A stretch of DNA of 64,000 bases from Candidatus Cloacimonadales bacterium. GTDB taxonomy: Bacteria > Cloacimonadota > Cloacimonadia > Cloacimonadales > JAIOQZ01. The notes below the pieces were generated by a model. The model was not told the origin of the DNA, ran no database searches, and was given only the letters and a program-made list of their open reading frames with translations. This document shows positions 9,564 through 19,500 of the stretch, one piece after another. The DNA is taken from contig CAXXTU010000002.1 of assembly GCA_963662655.2 (NCBI GenBank), positions 3,614,423 through 3,678,422 of the forward strand, in the 5' to 3' direction. Each line of letters starts with the position of its first letter. Positions within the stretch are counted from its first letter, which is position 1. Made by a program: the position numbers and the translations under genes.

Positions 9564-10664
9564 CTATTCCGCGGTCCTGCAAAGGCGGAAGCCGATGAAG
9601 TAGTAGCCATTGGACGGCGTGTAGAGGTGGCGAATGGCAACCTCGCAGCCCCACGCGTAGTCGTACCAGCAGCCGCCACGCATCCTACGGTACGAGCCGG
9701 TAGCAGGGCCATGAGGGTTGGTCTGTGTACCCGATGTATATGAACCATACCAGTCCCAGCACCATTCCCATACATTGCCGCTCTGGTCATACGTCCCAAT
9801 ACCATTCGCCTGCTTCTGCCCCACGGGATGGGGCTGTCTACCAGAGCCAGTATCAGAATTGTCGTAATACCACGCTACATCGTCAATTGTATCGCTCCCT
9901 GAATACAAATAGTCCGGGGTGTTGGTCGCACCACGAGCGCTGTACTCCCATTCCGCCTCCGTGGGAAGGCGGTAGCCGTTGGCGGACCAGTTCACATCGG
10001 GTGTGAAGCTGCCGCCCCAGTTGTCCGGATTCGTGTCACCGGATACGGAGTACACTGGCGTCAACCCTTCTTGAATGCTGCTATAGTTGCAGTATTTCAC
10101 AACCGAATACCAAGAGACACGCTCCACAGGTCGTTGCATGTCGCCGGTGAAGTATGATGGATTGCTCCCCATCACATCCACCCATTCCTGTTGAGTTACC
10201 TCATACGTACCAATGTAAAACGCGTCCAAATTCACCGTGTGAATCGGAGTAGCTACGTCTGTCCGCCCCATCTGGAAGCTGCCGGAGGGGACGTATACAA
10301 AGCCATCCGGTACCGGCGTTTGTCCGTCGTCGGCTACGATCTTGAAGCGGAAGTCGTCGCCGCTCATATTGGGATGCTCCGCAAGAACATCCCACACAAT
10401 GTGCTTGCCATTGCCAGAGTAGATCCCCGGACCAATATCGCCGGTCACGAGATTACAGCTTAGATTCCAAGTCGCGCCATCGTCATCGGATACGTTCATC
10501 ACGATTGTCATCGCGTCGCCGTCGGCGTCGTACACGTTGTAATTGATATCCACTTTGCGGGAACCGTCGTCGCGCTGGGTGGCGGTTACGTTCGTTATTT
10601 CGGGGGCCGTGCACCACAGGGCAATCGGCAGAAGTACAGCAAGGAGCATAAGTATTTTATTCAT
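9564..10664 (-). CDS. Secreted FGE-sulfatase (SUMF1)/CLec-fold protein, paralogue 2
   Basis: Same architecture as 8394-9554 with a near-identical N-terminal domain; YEVTQQEW, PVERVSW, RLPTEAEWEY, GNVWEWCWDW, RGGCW...IGFRLCR. Confidence 0.92.
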   Translation of the reverse strand: MNKILMLLAVLLPIALWCTAPEITNVTATQRDDGSRKVDINYNVYDADGDAMTIVMNVSDDDGATWNLSCNLVTGDIGPGIYSGNGKHIVWDVLAEHPNMSGDDFRFKIVADDGQTPVPDGFVYVPSGSFQMGRTDVATPIHTVNLDAFYIGTYEVTQQEWVDVMGSNPSYFTGDMQRPVERVSWYSVVKYCNYSSIQEGLTPVYSVSGDTNPDNWGGSFTPDVNWSANGYRLPTEAEWEYSARGATNTPDYLYSGSDTIDDVAWYYDNSDTGSGRQPHPVGQKQANGIGTYDQSGNVWEWCWDWYGSYTSGTQTNPHGPATGSYRRMRGGCWYDYAWGCEVAIRHLYTPSNGYYFIGFRLCRTAE

Positions 10665-10685
10665 CTCACAAATCCTTTCTTTATC

Positions 10686-13600
10686 TTAGAAAGCAACGGA
10701 CACGACAACATAGAAATAACTGTCGGCGGCGGGTGCCTCGGCGTCCGTCCAGGTCAGGTTTTGAGTATTCGCCACGAGTTCCATTTCAGCCAGCGGAGCG
10801 TTGGGGGCATCGGAGCGATAGACCCTGTATGATTCCGCTCCGTAGGCCGCTTCCCAGGAGAGCTTCGCGCCGGTATCGGTCATCACGATTTGCAGGTTCG
10901 AGACAGCGTTCAGCATGGGCCGTGCCTGAAGCTCGTTTGCGTATGCGCTTTCCTTGCCGGAGACATCCACGGCCGTGATTGTTACGTAGTAGGTCTCGTC
11001 GTTGTTCAGCCCCGTTATGGTGTAGCTATCGGTGATTCCCACCGTCACCGGTGAATTTTCGCCGTTCGAATTCGCGTTCCCATTGTAAGGGGCGCCGCTC
11101 TGGTCGGTATCGAACCAGATTCGGTATCCCGCAAGATCGGGATCGTCCACGGTCTCCCATGTGAGGCGAAGCGCTCTGTGTTCCGGCTGGATCGTGAGAA
11201 GCGCCGGCGTTTGCGGTGGAGCGATATCGTAAAGCGGAATCTCGATGATTCCCGAGGCGAATCCTTCCGTCGAGGTCATGGACGCGACGATTGGCAATGC
11301 CACCATGTCGGACTGTACCTCGAACGAAGCCGTTCCCGACTGCACAGCCGCCTGGATGCCTTCCACGGTGGGATCGGAATCGTCCGTCAGGATCGTTCCC
11401 CGGTTGGTGAACACGGTGAAAAGGGCCCCTTCGGAAACCGGCGTTCCGTCGTTGTTCAGGATATTGCTTGCGCTGACCGCCACGGTGGATGAACCGTCCG
11501 CAGCCAGGCTATCGGAATCGAGTTGCAGGTTCAGGCTACCCTGCGGAAGTCGCGGTGCGAGCGTGTAGGTGGTGAAATACGGAATGTGCGCCCGAACCAG
11601 GTTGGAATCCGGCACGACCGTTGAGGCGAGCGGCTGCCACGTACCTTCGTTGTCCTCCCAATATATCCCAAGCGTGTTCTCGTCGATACCGGCAACCGCG
11701 CTATCCGGGTACACGATGGTCAGCAGGGGATCGTCGTTCCACTCCTCTTCTCCAGGCTCGAACTTGAAGAAACCGCCAATCCCGTAGTGCATGCCCACGG
11801 CTTGTTCGCGAACGAGGCGCAGGTTGTGCTTGTATCGCGCGATGGCCTTCTTCTGTTGCGAAGTCAATCCGGCCGTCTGCGGCTCTTCCTCGCCCCATTG
11901 CCAGTATCGATAGCTGGCCGAATCTACCGTTGCAGGTATGGAATTCTCTGTGATAACGAGGTTGGAACCGAGTACGTTCAGATCGATCTGCTGGCCCCTT
12001 CCGCCCATCCAGGAGAAGAAACCGCCTGCCAGTTGCGCCGCAATGACATCGACAAGTTCCTGATAGACGTTTCCCGCGAGAACATTGTTCCAGATTTCCG
12101 TCATGACTTCATCGAAGGTGATGCCGGGCTGTGGCGGATTGGGTTGTTCGGTTTGCAGGTACGGGTATCCCTTGACCCAGTAGCCGTTGGCAAGCTGGTA
12201 GGAGCGAGCGTTCGTCGCATTCATTCCGCCTCCCAGCTTGATCACGATGGCCGGGAACACGGGAAGCGGGAATTCGAACCCGAGATTGAGATTGTAGCTT
12301 GATTTATCCTCGGCGTTGAAGCCGTATTTCAGTTGCACGGGGAGGTCGTCGTTCTGCTCCTCGTAAACGACTTCGAGGAAATCCATGATGTCCTGACGAA
12401 ATGTCTCGTTGTTCGCGGATGCATTGACTGCCGCCGTCCCTATATTCCACATCTCCTGTGGTGTTTCCGCCACGTTGAGAAGCATGTTCTTCATGTTCGC
12501 GCTATCGATATCGATCCACGCGGAGTACCCCTGAACTTGCCCGGGCAGGTCGTACAGGTTCAATGACCCGAGGTTTGATTCCAGCGACCCGGAGAGCTTG
12601 ATCGACTGCCATGTATCGTTCGACCATGTGCCCTGTACCTGGAAATCGACCCCCAGATTCACGTTGGGATTCACAGCCGCGAGTCGCTGAGGATAGAAGA
12701 AGCTGAACGCGACCTTGTTTGCCGGAACGATTTTGGGGCCGATCCCCGCGTTGGCTTTGTATTCTCCGCCGAGATAGAAACGGCGTTTCACGGTTCCATT
12801 TGTGTAAACTTTTTTGCTGCCGCCCAGATGCGCGCTTGCGCCCAGACCCGCGCCCATGTTCATACCCAGCGGGAGATTATCGAGGAAATTTACCGAAAGT
12901 CCCATAGATCCTTTGATGTCGAGCCCCGTTTCATCCGATACGCGAGAGATCCCGAGGCCGTTTTCCGCGTTGTTCTCGATCAGAGCCTGCACGATCCACG
13001 AAAGGAAATTGACCGCGATCTGTCCGCCCGGAACGACAGAGCCTCCATAGACGATCGTCGGTTCCGCGAAGAGGTAGAACGCCATGAGGGCTTCGAGGCC
13101 TTCGAGCTGATCGAGATCGAACTCGTATTCGTGCTGGTAGGGGAAGCTCGCCTGGGTTGACACTTTGGCTGTGCCGACATCGAGCAGGAGCGGTGGCCCG
13201 AGCTTCACATCGGCTCCCACGAAGAGGTCATCGCGGCGATAGATTTTGAACGCGCTCCAGTTCGGATTGTTGCTCAGCCCGTCCAGTTGCAGCTCGATTT
13301 TGGACCCGGAGCCGCCACCGGCGAATCCGGTCGCGGTCACGACACCGCCCGTGAGCCCTGCGCCGCCGTGGGCGTACATGCGATATCCCCAGCTCGCGGT
13401 GTATTCGTAGGGGATTATCTCGCAGTCGAAGCATTGCTGATTATCCGGGGAAATGATTTCACCGTTTGCTTTGATCACGGTGATGGTTTCCCCGTTGCCC
13501 GGAGCCCCGCTACCGATTATATCATGCGAAACGGGTACGGCGAAAACGCCGGCGTTCTGCATGTGAACGATGCTCGTGAGGAACTGGTATGGCAGCCGGC

Positions 13601-13967
13601 CTGTCTCGCACTGGATGATGTTTCCCTGCTCGTCTTCCGCCAGAAGATCGATGCCCATTACCGGCAGCCATGCGCCCTCGAGTTGCCCCTCTACCACGAA
13701 CCACGCGTAGCCGTATCCGCCTTCCGGTATTTCCAGGACGGCTGGATTAGGCGCCTGCGAGACCGGCACAATGCGGTAGTCCGAGTAAGCGTTTTGCATT
13801 GTGTTGATGGTGACCGGACCCGAAATATCGTATCCCGTTCCGCCCATGATCGTGTTGATCGACACCGGGCCGGAAACGCCTTCCCCGATCTCGCGATCTT
13901 GCGCGAACAACGGTAGAAAAAGCATCGCAAAGAGAAGAATCACAGCAGTTCGTTTCATCTTTTCCAT
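10686..13967 (-). CDS. Large secreted protein with C-terminal Ig/fibronectin type III domains
   Basis: Signal peptide MKRTAVILLFAMLFLPLFA; invasin-like Ig LAADGSST; FN3 motifs LTW..VDDPDLAGYRIWF and YTITGLNNDETYYVTITAVD; 21 nt from the FGE genes, so probably one operon. Confidence 0.8.
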   Translation of the reverse strand: MEKMKRTAVILLFAMLFLPLFAQDREIGEGVSGPVSINTIMGGTGYDISGPVTINTMQNAYSDYRIVPVSQAPNPAVLEIPEGGYGYAWFVVEGQLEGAWLPVMGIDLLAEDEQGNIIQCETGRLPYQFLTSIVHMQNAGVFAVPVSHDIIGSGAPGNGETITVIKANGEIISPDNQQCFDCEIIPYEYTASWGYRMYAHGGAGLTGGVVTATGFAGGGSGSKIELQLDGLSNNPNWSAFKIYRRDDLFVGADVKLGPPLLLDVGTAKVSTQASFPYQHEYEFDLDQLEGLEALMAFYLFAEPTIVYGGSVVPGGQIAVNFLSWIVQALIENNAENGLGISRVSDETGLDIKGSMGLSVNFLDNLPLGMNMGAGLGASAHLGGSKKVYTNGTVKRRFYLGGEYKANAGIGPKIVPANKVAFSFFYPQRLAAVNPNVNLGVDFQVQGTWSNDTWQSIKLSGSLESNLGSLNLYDLPGQVQGYSAWIDIDSANMKNMLLNVAETPQEMWNIGTAAVNASANNETFRQDIMDFLEVVYEEQNDDLPVQLKYGFNAEDKSSYNLNLGFEFPLPVFPAIVIKLGGGMNATNARSYQLANGYWVKGYPYLQTEQPNPPQPGITFDEVMTEIWNNVLAGNVYQELVDVIAAQLAGGFFSWMGGRGQQIDLNVLGSNLVITENSIPATVDSASYRYWQWGEEEPQTAGLTSQQKKAIARYKHNLRLVREQAVGMHYGIGGFFKFEPGEEEWNDDPLLTIVYPDSAVAGIDENTLGIYWEDNEGTWQPLASTVVPDSNLVRAHIPYFTTYTLAPRLPQGSLNLQLDSDSLAADGSSTVAVSASNILNNDGTPVSEGALFTVFTNRGTILTDDSDPTVEGIQAAVQSGTASFEVQSDMVALPIVASMTSTEGFASGIIEIPLYDIAPPQTPALLTIQPEHRALRLTWETVDDPDLAGYRIWFDTDQSGAPYNGNANSNGENSPVTVGITDSYTITGLNNDETYYVTITAVDVSGKESAYANELQARPMLNAVSNLQIVMTDTGAKLSWEAAYGAESYRVYRSDAPNAPLAEMELVANTQNLTWTDAEAPAADSYFYVVVSVAF

Positions 13968-14396
13968 CCTTATATATCTTATTTTATGTATATTCAATTG
14001 TTTGTGAGCAACATCGCTGTTATCATTAATCCGAAAACCTGATCATGTCTTCCCCTGATTAGTTTGTTCAAACGCACTCGGAAAAAATTATCTCATCCGG
14101 TATGCAACGATTTACGGGCTTCCATCAAGCCTTCGGTTCATGCATTAAATGAGATAAAAATGGAACGGAGATTCGCGCTTTCGGGATTGGGCACACCATG
14201 AATCGCATGATATAACGATCTACAATGTATGAGATTCGAAAATCCGTACAGAATCTCGCTCAATATTCGTCGGTTCCGAATTTTCCATAAGTTGACATCT
14301 TTGAGAATATTTATATATATGTAAAGAAAAATGCAAAGCGTTTGATGAGAATCACTCGGCAGTGCGGTGAACAGATTTGAATGTCGTAAAATCTAA

Positions 14397-14417
14397 CCCG
14401 CGTGGTTCGCACGCGGG
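14397..14417 (-). terminator. Hairpin downstream of the asparagine-synthase-like gene
   Basis: CCCGCGTG-GTTCG-CACGCGGG, followed on the minus strand by TTAGATTTT. Confidence 0.55.
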
Positions 14418-14478
14418 ATTTCCAGGCAGCTATGGCAAGAATGCCTACAGCAATTTACTTCGGGGACATCCGGTAATA

Positions 14479-16251
14479 TTATTTATTCTCAATGAAATAT
14501 TCGTGCCACAGATGGAACGTGTACAGCAATTTCAAAAGAGAGATATTCGACTTCGATTCCTGCCGTAAAAGCTCGTTAACGTCAAAGTTGAAGTACTCGT
14601 ATTTCTTCTTCGCGATGCTTTGAAACACTTTCTGATACCCTGGGTCCGTTTGGAACAGCTTCCAGTATGGCACATTCTTGGCAATTTTCTGACGGTAGAC
14701 AAGATGGTGAGGAAGGTATTTCTCAATAGCCCTTTTCTCATGAACTCGATCCTGATAATCAAGGAACGGATACTTGCCCTTTGTCTGCTTCAGCGTTAGT
14801 TTCAGATGCAATTTCCTGAACGGGTGAATCTGGATGAGGTATTTATACAAAGCTTTGCTTCTGAAAGGGAATCCGCATGCAAATGAATTCAGGTTGTACA
14901 TGTAATTGAAGAAACCGACAACACGTTCCGTGTCCGCACTGAATATCGTGTATCGATGAATTTTGCCGATAGCGTCCGTATCGAATCGATTCATTTCTTG
15001 CACGTCATAGGAGAATGAATCGTAGATATCCGATTCCTTGAATGAGTTTCGTACGGCATTGTGCATGCCCGTAAGCTCAAACATTCCCAACATGATTTTC
15101 TCGTCAAAGTTGCCTTTCAGGGCTTGGCTGCTCAATTTCAGGTTCCTTGAGATACCCATCTTCTTGATATTCATCATCGAGAGAAGCTTGCTGATATAGG
15201 GATATTGATGGGTAAAAAGCATCTCGAAAGAAGCGTGGAACTGCCCGAATATTCCCGTACCGGTGCCGTTGATGAAAATGGGAAATTGCTCCATGCCCAT
15301 TGTCGATTCATGCATTTGCCTCAAGGTTTCAAACGCGATTCCTTCCGAGTCATAAATCCAAGGGAACCCGGTGTTCTTGATTGTGCTCTTGGTCAAGCTG
15401 AGGAAGTCTTTCGGGTCGTATTCGAAATAGCGCACCTTCGAGTGATTATACTCGGCAATGTCCTGAGTGTACTTGGCATCCTGTCCACCGTGCATGAAGC
15501 TGTAATTGACCCCCTCATGATCGATACCTCGTTTTTGTAAAACACAATCGAGATAGCTGGAGTCCTTCCCTCCCGAGAAGGCTATAAAAGGAAATGGATT
15601 GTCCACACTCTTCAGGATGTTTTCAACAGAGTGGGTGAATATCTCGTCAGCCGTGTTGACGATCGTCTCATCATCGATTTCTTTATAATCAACATGCTCG
15701 TAAGCATAAGCCTTCACAGGCCGTTTGGTCAGAGCTTTGTTTTGCGTGTCGTATTGCATTACCTCGAAAGGCAGAGCGAGTTGGATACCTTTGAAGAAGG
15801 TAATCGGGGCCGGCGTACTGATACTGAGGAAATAACGTGTGATCATTTCTTGCCGGGGCTCGAGTGTGATGAACTTCCTGAACGTCAGCAGGTTGTTGGA
15901 AATAATGATTCCCTTGTCCGGGCGATGGTAGTAAAAGAAGTAATTTGTTCTCAGGTTATCGGAGAAGAAAAGGACTCGGCCTTCAGCGATATGCACAAGA
16001 GAGAAACAGCCTTCCAGTTGTTCGGCAAATTCTTCAACATTGGTATTGACTCCCGCCCGAACCAGGTCTTCGACATCAGAAGACTCAACTCCATACTTCT
16101 CCCTCAGGGTGTGGAAGTTGGTTATCAAACCGGAGAATAAGATGCGAGTTGGATTTGCGGAGTCTTCAAGATAATGCACATTCCCTGCATCATTTCTTTT
16201 GGGAAAATCACCATGAACAACACAGAAATTATTGATTTTGCCGTTTTGCAC
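14479..16251 (-). CDS. Asparagine-synthase-like (AsnB family) ATP-dependent amide ligase
   Basis: PP-loop AFSGGKDSS; QLEGCFSLV; EKRAIEKYLPHHLVYRQK; GTG start after AGGAGG; no N-terminal catalytic Cys. Confidence 0.8.
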   Translation of the reverse strand: MQNGKINNFCVVHGDFPKRNDAGNVHYLEDSANPTRILFSGLITNFHTLREKYGVESSDVEDLVRAGVNTNVEEFAEQLEGCFSLVHIAEGRVLFFSDNLRTNYFFYYHRPDKGIIISNNLLTFRKFITLEPRQEMITRYFLSISTPAPITFFKGIQLALPFEVMQYDTQNKALTKRPVKAYAYEHVDYKEIDDETIVNTADEIFTHSVENILKSVDNPFPFIAFSGGKDSSYLDCVLQKRGIDHEGVNYSFMHGGQDAKYTQDIAEYNHSKVRYFEYDPKDFLSLTKSTIKNTGFPWIYDSEGIAFETLRQMHESTMGMEQFPIFINGTGTGIFGQFHASFEMLFTHQYPYISKLLSMMNIKKMGISRNLKLSSQALKGNFDEKIMLGMFELTGMHNAVRNSFKESDIYDSFSYDVQEMNRFDTDAIGKIHRYTIFSADTERVVGFFNYMYNLNSFACGFPFRSKALYKYLIQIHPFRKLHLKLTLKQTKGKYPFLDYQDRVHEKRAIEKYLPHHLVYRQKIAKNVPYWKLFQTDPGYQKVFQSIAKKKYEYFNFDVNELLRQESKSNISLLKLLYTFHLWHEYFIENK

Positions 16252-16573
16252 ATATCCTCCTAATACGATCTATTCAGAAGTCCTTTATCTTAAACGGATT
16301 CAGTAACATCATTGTTTACTGTATATTTGTTTTTTCTTTTACCGATATTTTTCCGTGCCGATATCCCATGTCAAGGAATTTAAGGGCAGCAAGTGTTCGC
16401 ATTCACTACCGTGCTGACATGTAAATTTCTCCCTCATGACAGAGTTTATCGTCAAGTCATCGCACTTCCCTGCGTTGAATGGTTGAGAAGGAGCGATATA
16501 TAGAGTAAAGGTCGCAAGAAGGAATAGCCGGGAAGAAATTTCACAGCAACCGAGTTTTCAATACACATTCCTT

Positions 16574-19500
16574 CTATTTGATATACATAATCTTCTTCAT
16601 TTCAACAGATTCGCGGCTCCGCATGTGCACAAGATAGATACCGGTGGCGACCGGCTGATCATGCTGGTCGCGGCAATTCCACATCAAGCGGTGCATGCCT
16701 TTGCCGAAACGTTCCGAAGCCAGGACCGTAACACGCTGTCCCTTGACATTGTAAATCGCTACATCTACATTCGACGGCTCGTTCAATGAGAACGAGATGC
16801 ATGTCTCGCCGTTGACCGGATTTGGGTACACCGGGTAGAGCCGGGTTGGCCATGACGGTATCTCCCCCGAGTCGATCGAAACTTCGTCCAGCGCCACCAG
16901 GAAAGTATCGCGGCACGTCGCACGGGTAATTGGATCGCAACGGTTCATCATTCCGGTTTTTCGCGATACAGGCTCCTGATCGTTCGCTGTAACGATGATC
17001 TGCGTTGTCCCGAACCAGCCCTCCACCGACGTGAGAATCAGCGAACTTCCGTTTACCTGGGCGTTGATCTCATTCGGCTGGTACTCGACCGAAAATAGCA
17101 GGACATCGTTGTCGACATCGGCAAAGAATTCGGTCAGCACGTATTCGATCGGGTTTCCGAAATCCTGCACCCCGGTCGTGTCGGGCAGTTGCGCAAACAG
17201 ATAAGGCGCATCGTTTACGGCATCGACCGTGATCTGGAAATCATCCGAGACCTGATCGCGCAAAGAGGTTTGCCTGCGTGCGTTTTGCTTGCGGGTTCGG
17301 CCCGTAACCCTTCCGTCGTCGGCTGTGATGGTAACCAGCGTCTGTCCCGACCAATCCGGAATGCACTGGATCCAAAGCGTGTCGCCGGTTATCTCCAGCG
17401 AGATATCCTCGTCGTTGAAATCGGCGCTGTAGGAAAGGGCGTCGCCGTTATCGTCTGCAATGTATGCACTCAAGAGAAGATAGAACGATGTAAAATCTTC
17501 TTCCAGCGTAAGGTCGGCAAATGGCTGCACGATGTGTGGCGCTGCGTTGCAAACCTCGATCAGATTTTCCATGGTCAGCGTCGTATCGCGCTCTCCGTCC
17601 GAGACCGCCAGCGAGACATCGTAAACTCCGGCAATCTCGTAGGTCCATTGAGGGCTGGGCTCCGTTGCGTCGATTTCTCCATCTCCATCGAAGTCCCATT
17701 GCCAATCGATGGCGTTGAAGGTGGCGTGATCGGTGAACTGAACCGTCAGGGGCGCCAGGCCGCTATCCACATCCCAGTAGAAGTCCACGTAAAGTGGCAT
17801 GCTGTCCTGATTGAACCACACTGCTCCCATATCGGGAATGCTGCCGTCCGGGTCGGGCTGATTTTCAGGATGCCCCGCGTCGATGCAGGGCGAATAGACG
17901 TCGAGATAGAAGTCGGTGGAATCCTGCGTGACGAATAGCGGATCGGCGTTGATATTGCCTTCGCCTGGCCAGACGCCATCCTCCCAGTCGATGTCGCAGT
18001 AGGTGATATCCGGACCTGATCCCGACACGATTTCCACCGGATTCGTCATCGGCTGATCGCCCCAGAAGATGCACTGATAAACATTCGTCATGTTGACCGT
18101 TGTGCGAATAGCGCAGTCGTAATTGAAGAGAGTCCAGTTGGCGAACACATTCTCCGAACCGCTGATTACGTCCATCGCGGGTGTTTCAGTGTCTCCTGCG
18201 AACTGGTCGTCCCTGGTTGCGATGCAGGTTTCGCTTACACAGATATCCGTGTTGTTGTCGAGCGTCATGCATGTTCCACAGTTATAGAAGTCTGTGTTGG
18301 AGACAACGAACTGGTTGTTGCCGGTAATGAACACGGCGTTCCGATAATTTTTGAAGTCCCCGTCGGTTATGTGCCCTTCGGACGGTCCTGTAAGATAAAA
18401 CCCGTATTCTGCCTGCGCGTACCGCTCGTGAGCAATGGCCAGGCTTCGGATTGAAATCTGCCCAGGGCTTGGAAGCCCGTTGTTATCGATGACAATGCCT
18501 TTCTGGAAATTGCCCAGCGAATCGGATTCAAGCTCGATTTCGGCGATGTTGATAAAGGCAAGTCCTGTATGCGGTTCCCGTGCGCTGCTTTCGGTGTGGC
18601 GCACGCGGGTGTTGGTCAGTCTGATGCGCGGGAGTCCGGTCGCAGCAGGGTCATCGAATGTACCTCCGTTGGGATACCCTTCGATGAGCAGACTGTCGAT
18701 CTCGATGTCGAATTTCCCTTCGAACTGCAATCCCGTATCCTCCAGCGCGGGAGACTCGTGCAGTCGATTCAGATGAATGTTGCTGAACTGCATAGCGGCG
18801 AAGATATCCCCATTGTTGACGCCTCTGATTCCGACCTCGTAGCCGGAGATATGGATATTCCGCAAATCGGGCGAGGCGTTGCCGTTGATGAGGATCGCTG
18901 AGGTTGCGGGGCGTCCGTCGGGATGTGGACTTCCGGCAACGGCGATGTTGTGCAGGCTGGGAGACGACTCGTTGATGGTGATAGCGATGGACGCGCCCTC
19001 GACGCTCAAGCCGTCGATCACGTTGCCGTCCGAGGCGGGGTTGAACACCAGTCCACCCCATCCATCAGGCCCGTACGCGGTGAAATCTGCGTTGGTGGCA
19101 ACCAGCGATCCGTTTACGGTCAGCGCTGAGTCCATCAGGAGGTTGACCTGCGTGTTTTCCTCGATGGTGAGCGTCACATCCTCACGCAGAAGCAACTCGC
19201 CGGTGATGTTGTAGGGGCCCCCGGCCTCGGTCCAGACGATATCCGTTTCCACATCGCCGCCGGGAACCGTCTGGCCCGGGTGCACCAGTACAAAATCTTC
19301 TTTCGTGAGCCAGTTGACGTGCACACCATCGCTAACCGTCACGGAAACCGTCTGATGACCCTCGTCCATGTACGTCCAGACAGGGTTTTCTTCCTCCGAA
19401 TCGACGTTGCCGTCGTTATCGAAATCCCACGCCCAACTCGTGATCGGATTGGCATACGAAACCGCGGAAAAGGTCAGCGCGAGTTCCTCGTCCCCGGCGA

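Noticed and set aside
8394..14400. Complete DGR cassette
   Set aside because: No reverse transcriptase, avd or AAC-rich template repeat was found in the window; only a candidate target is reported.
16338..16364. Sigma28-like GCCGATAT box
   Set aside because: There is no TAAA -35 at the correct spacing, and it points antisense into a gene end.
14479..16573. Lasso-peptide cluster around the AsnB-like genes
   Set aside because: No B1/B2 (RRE, transglutaminase-like peptidase) gene or credible precursor ORF near either copy.
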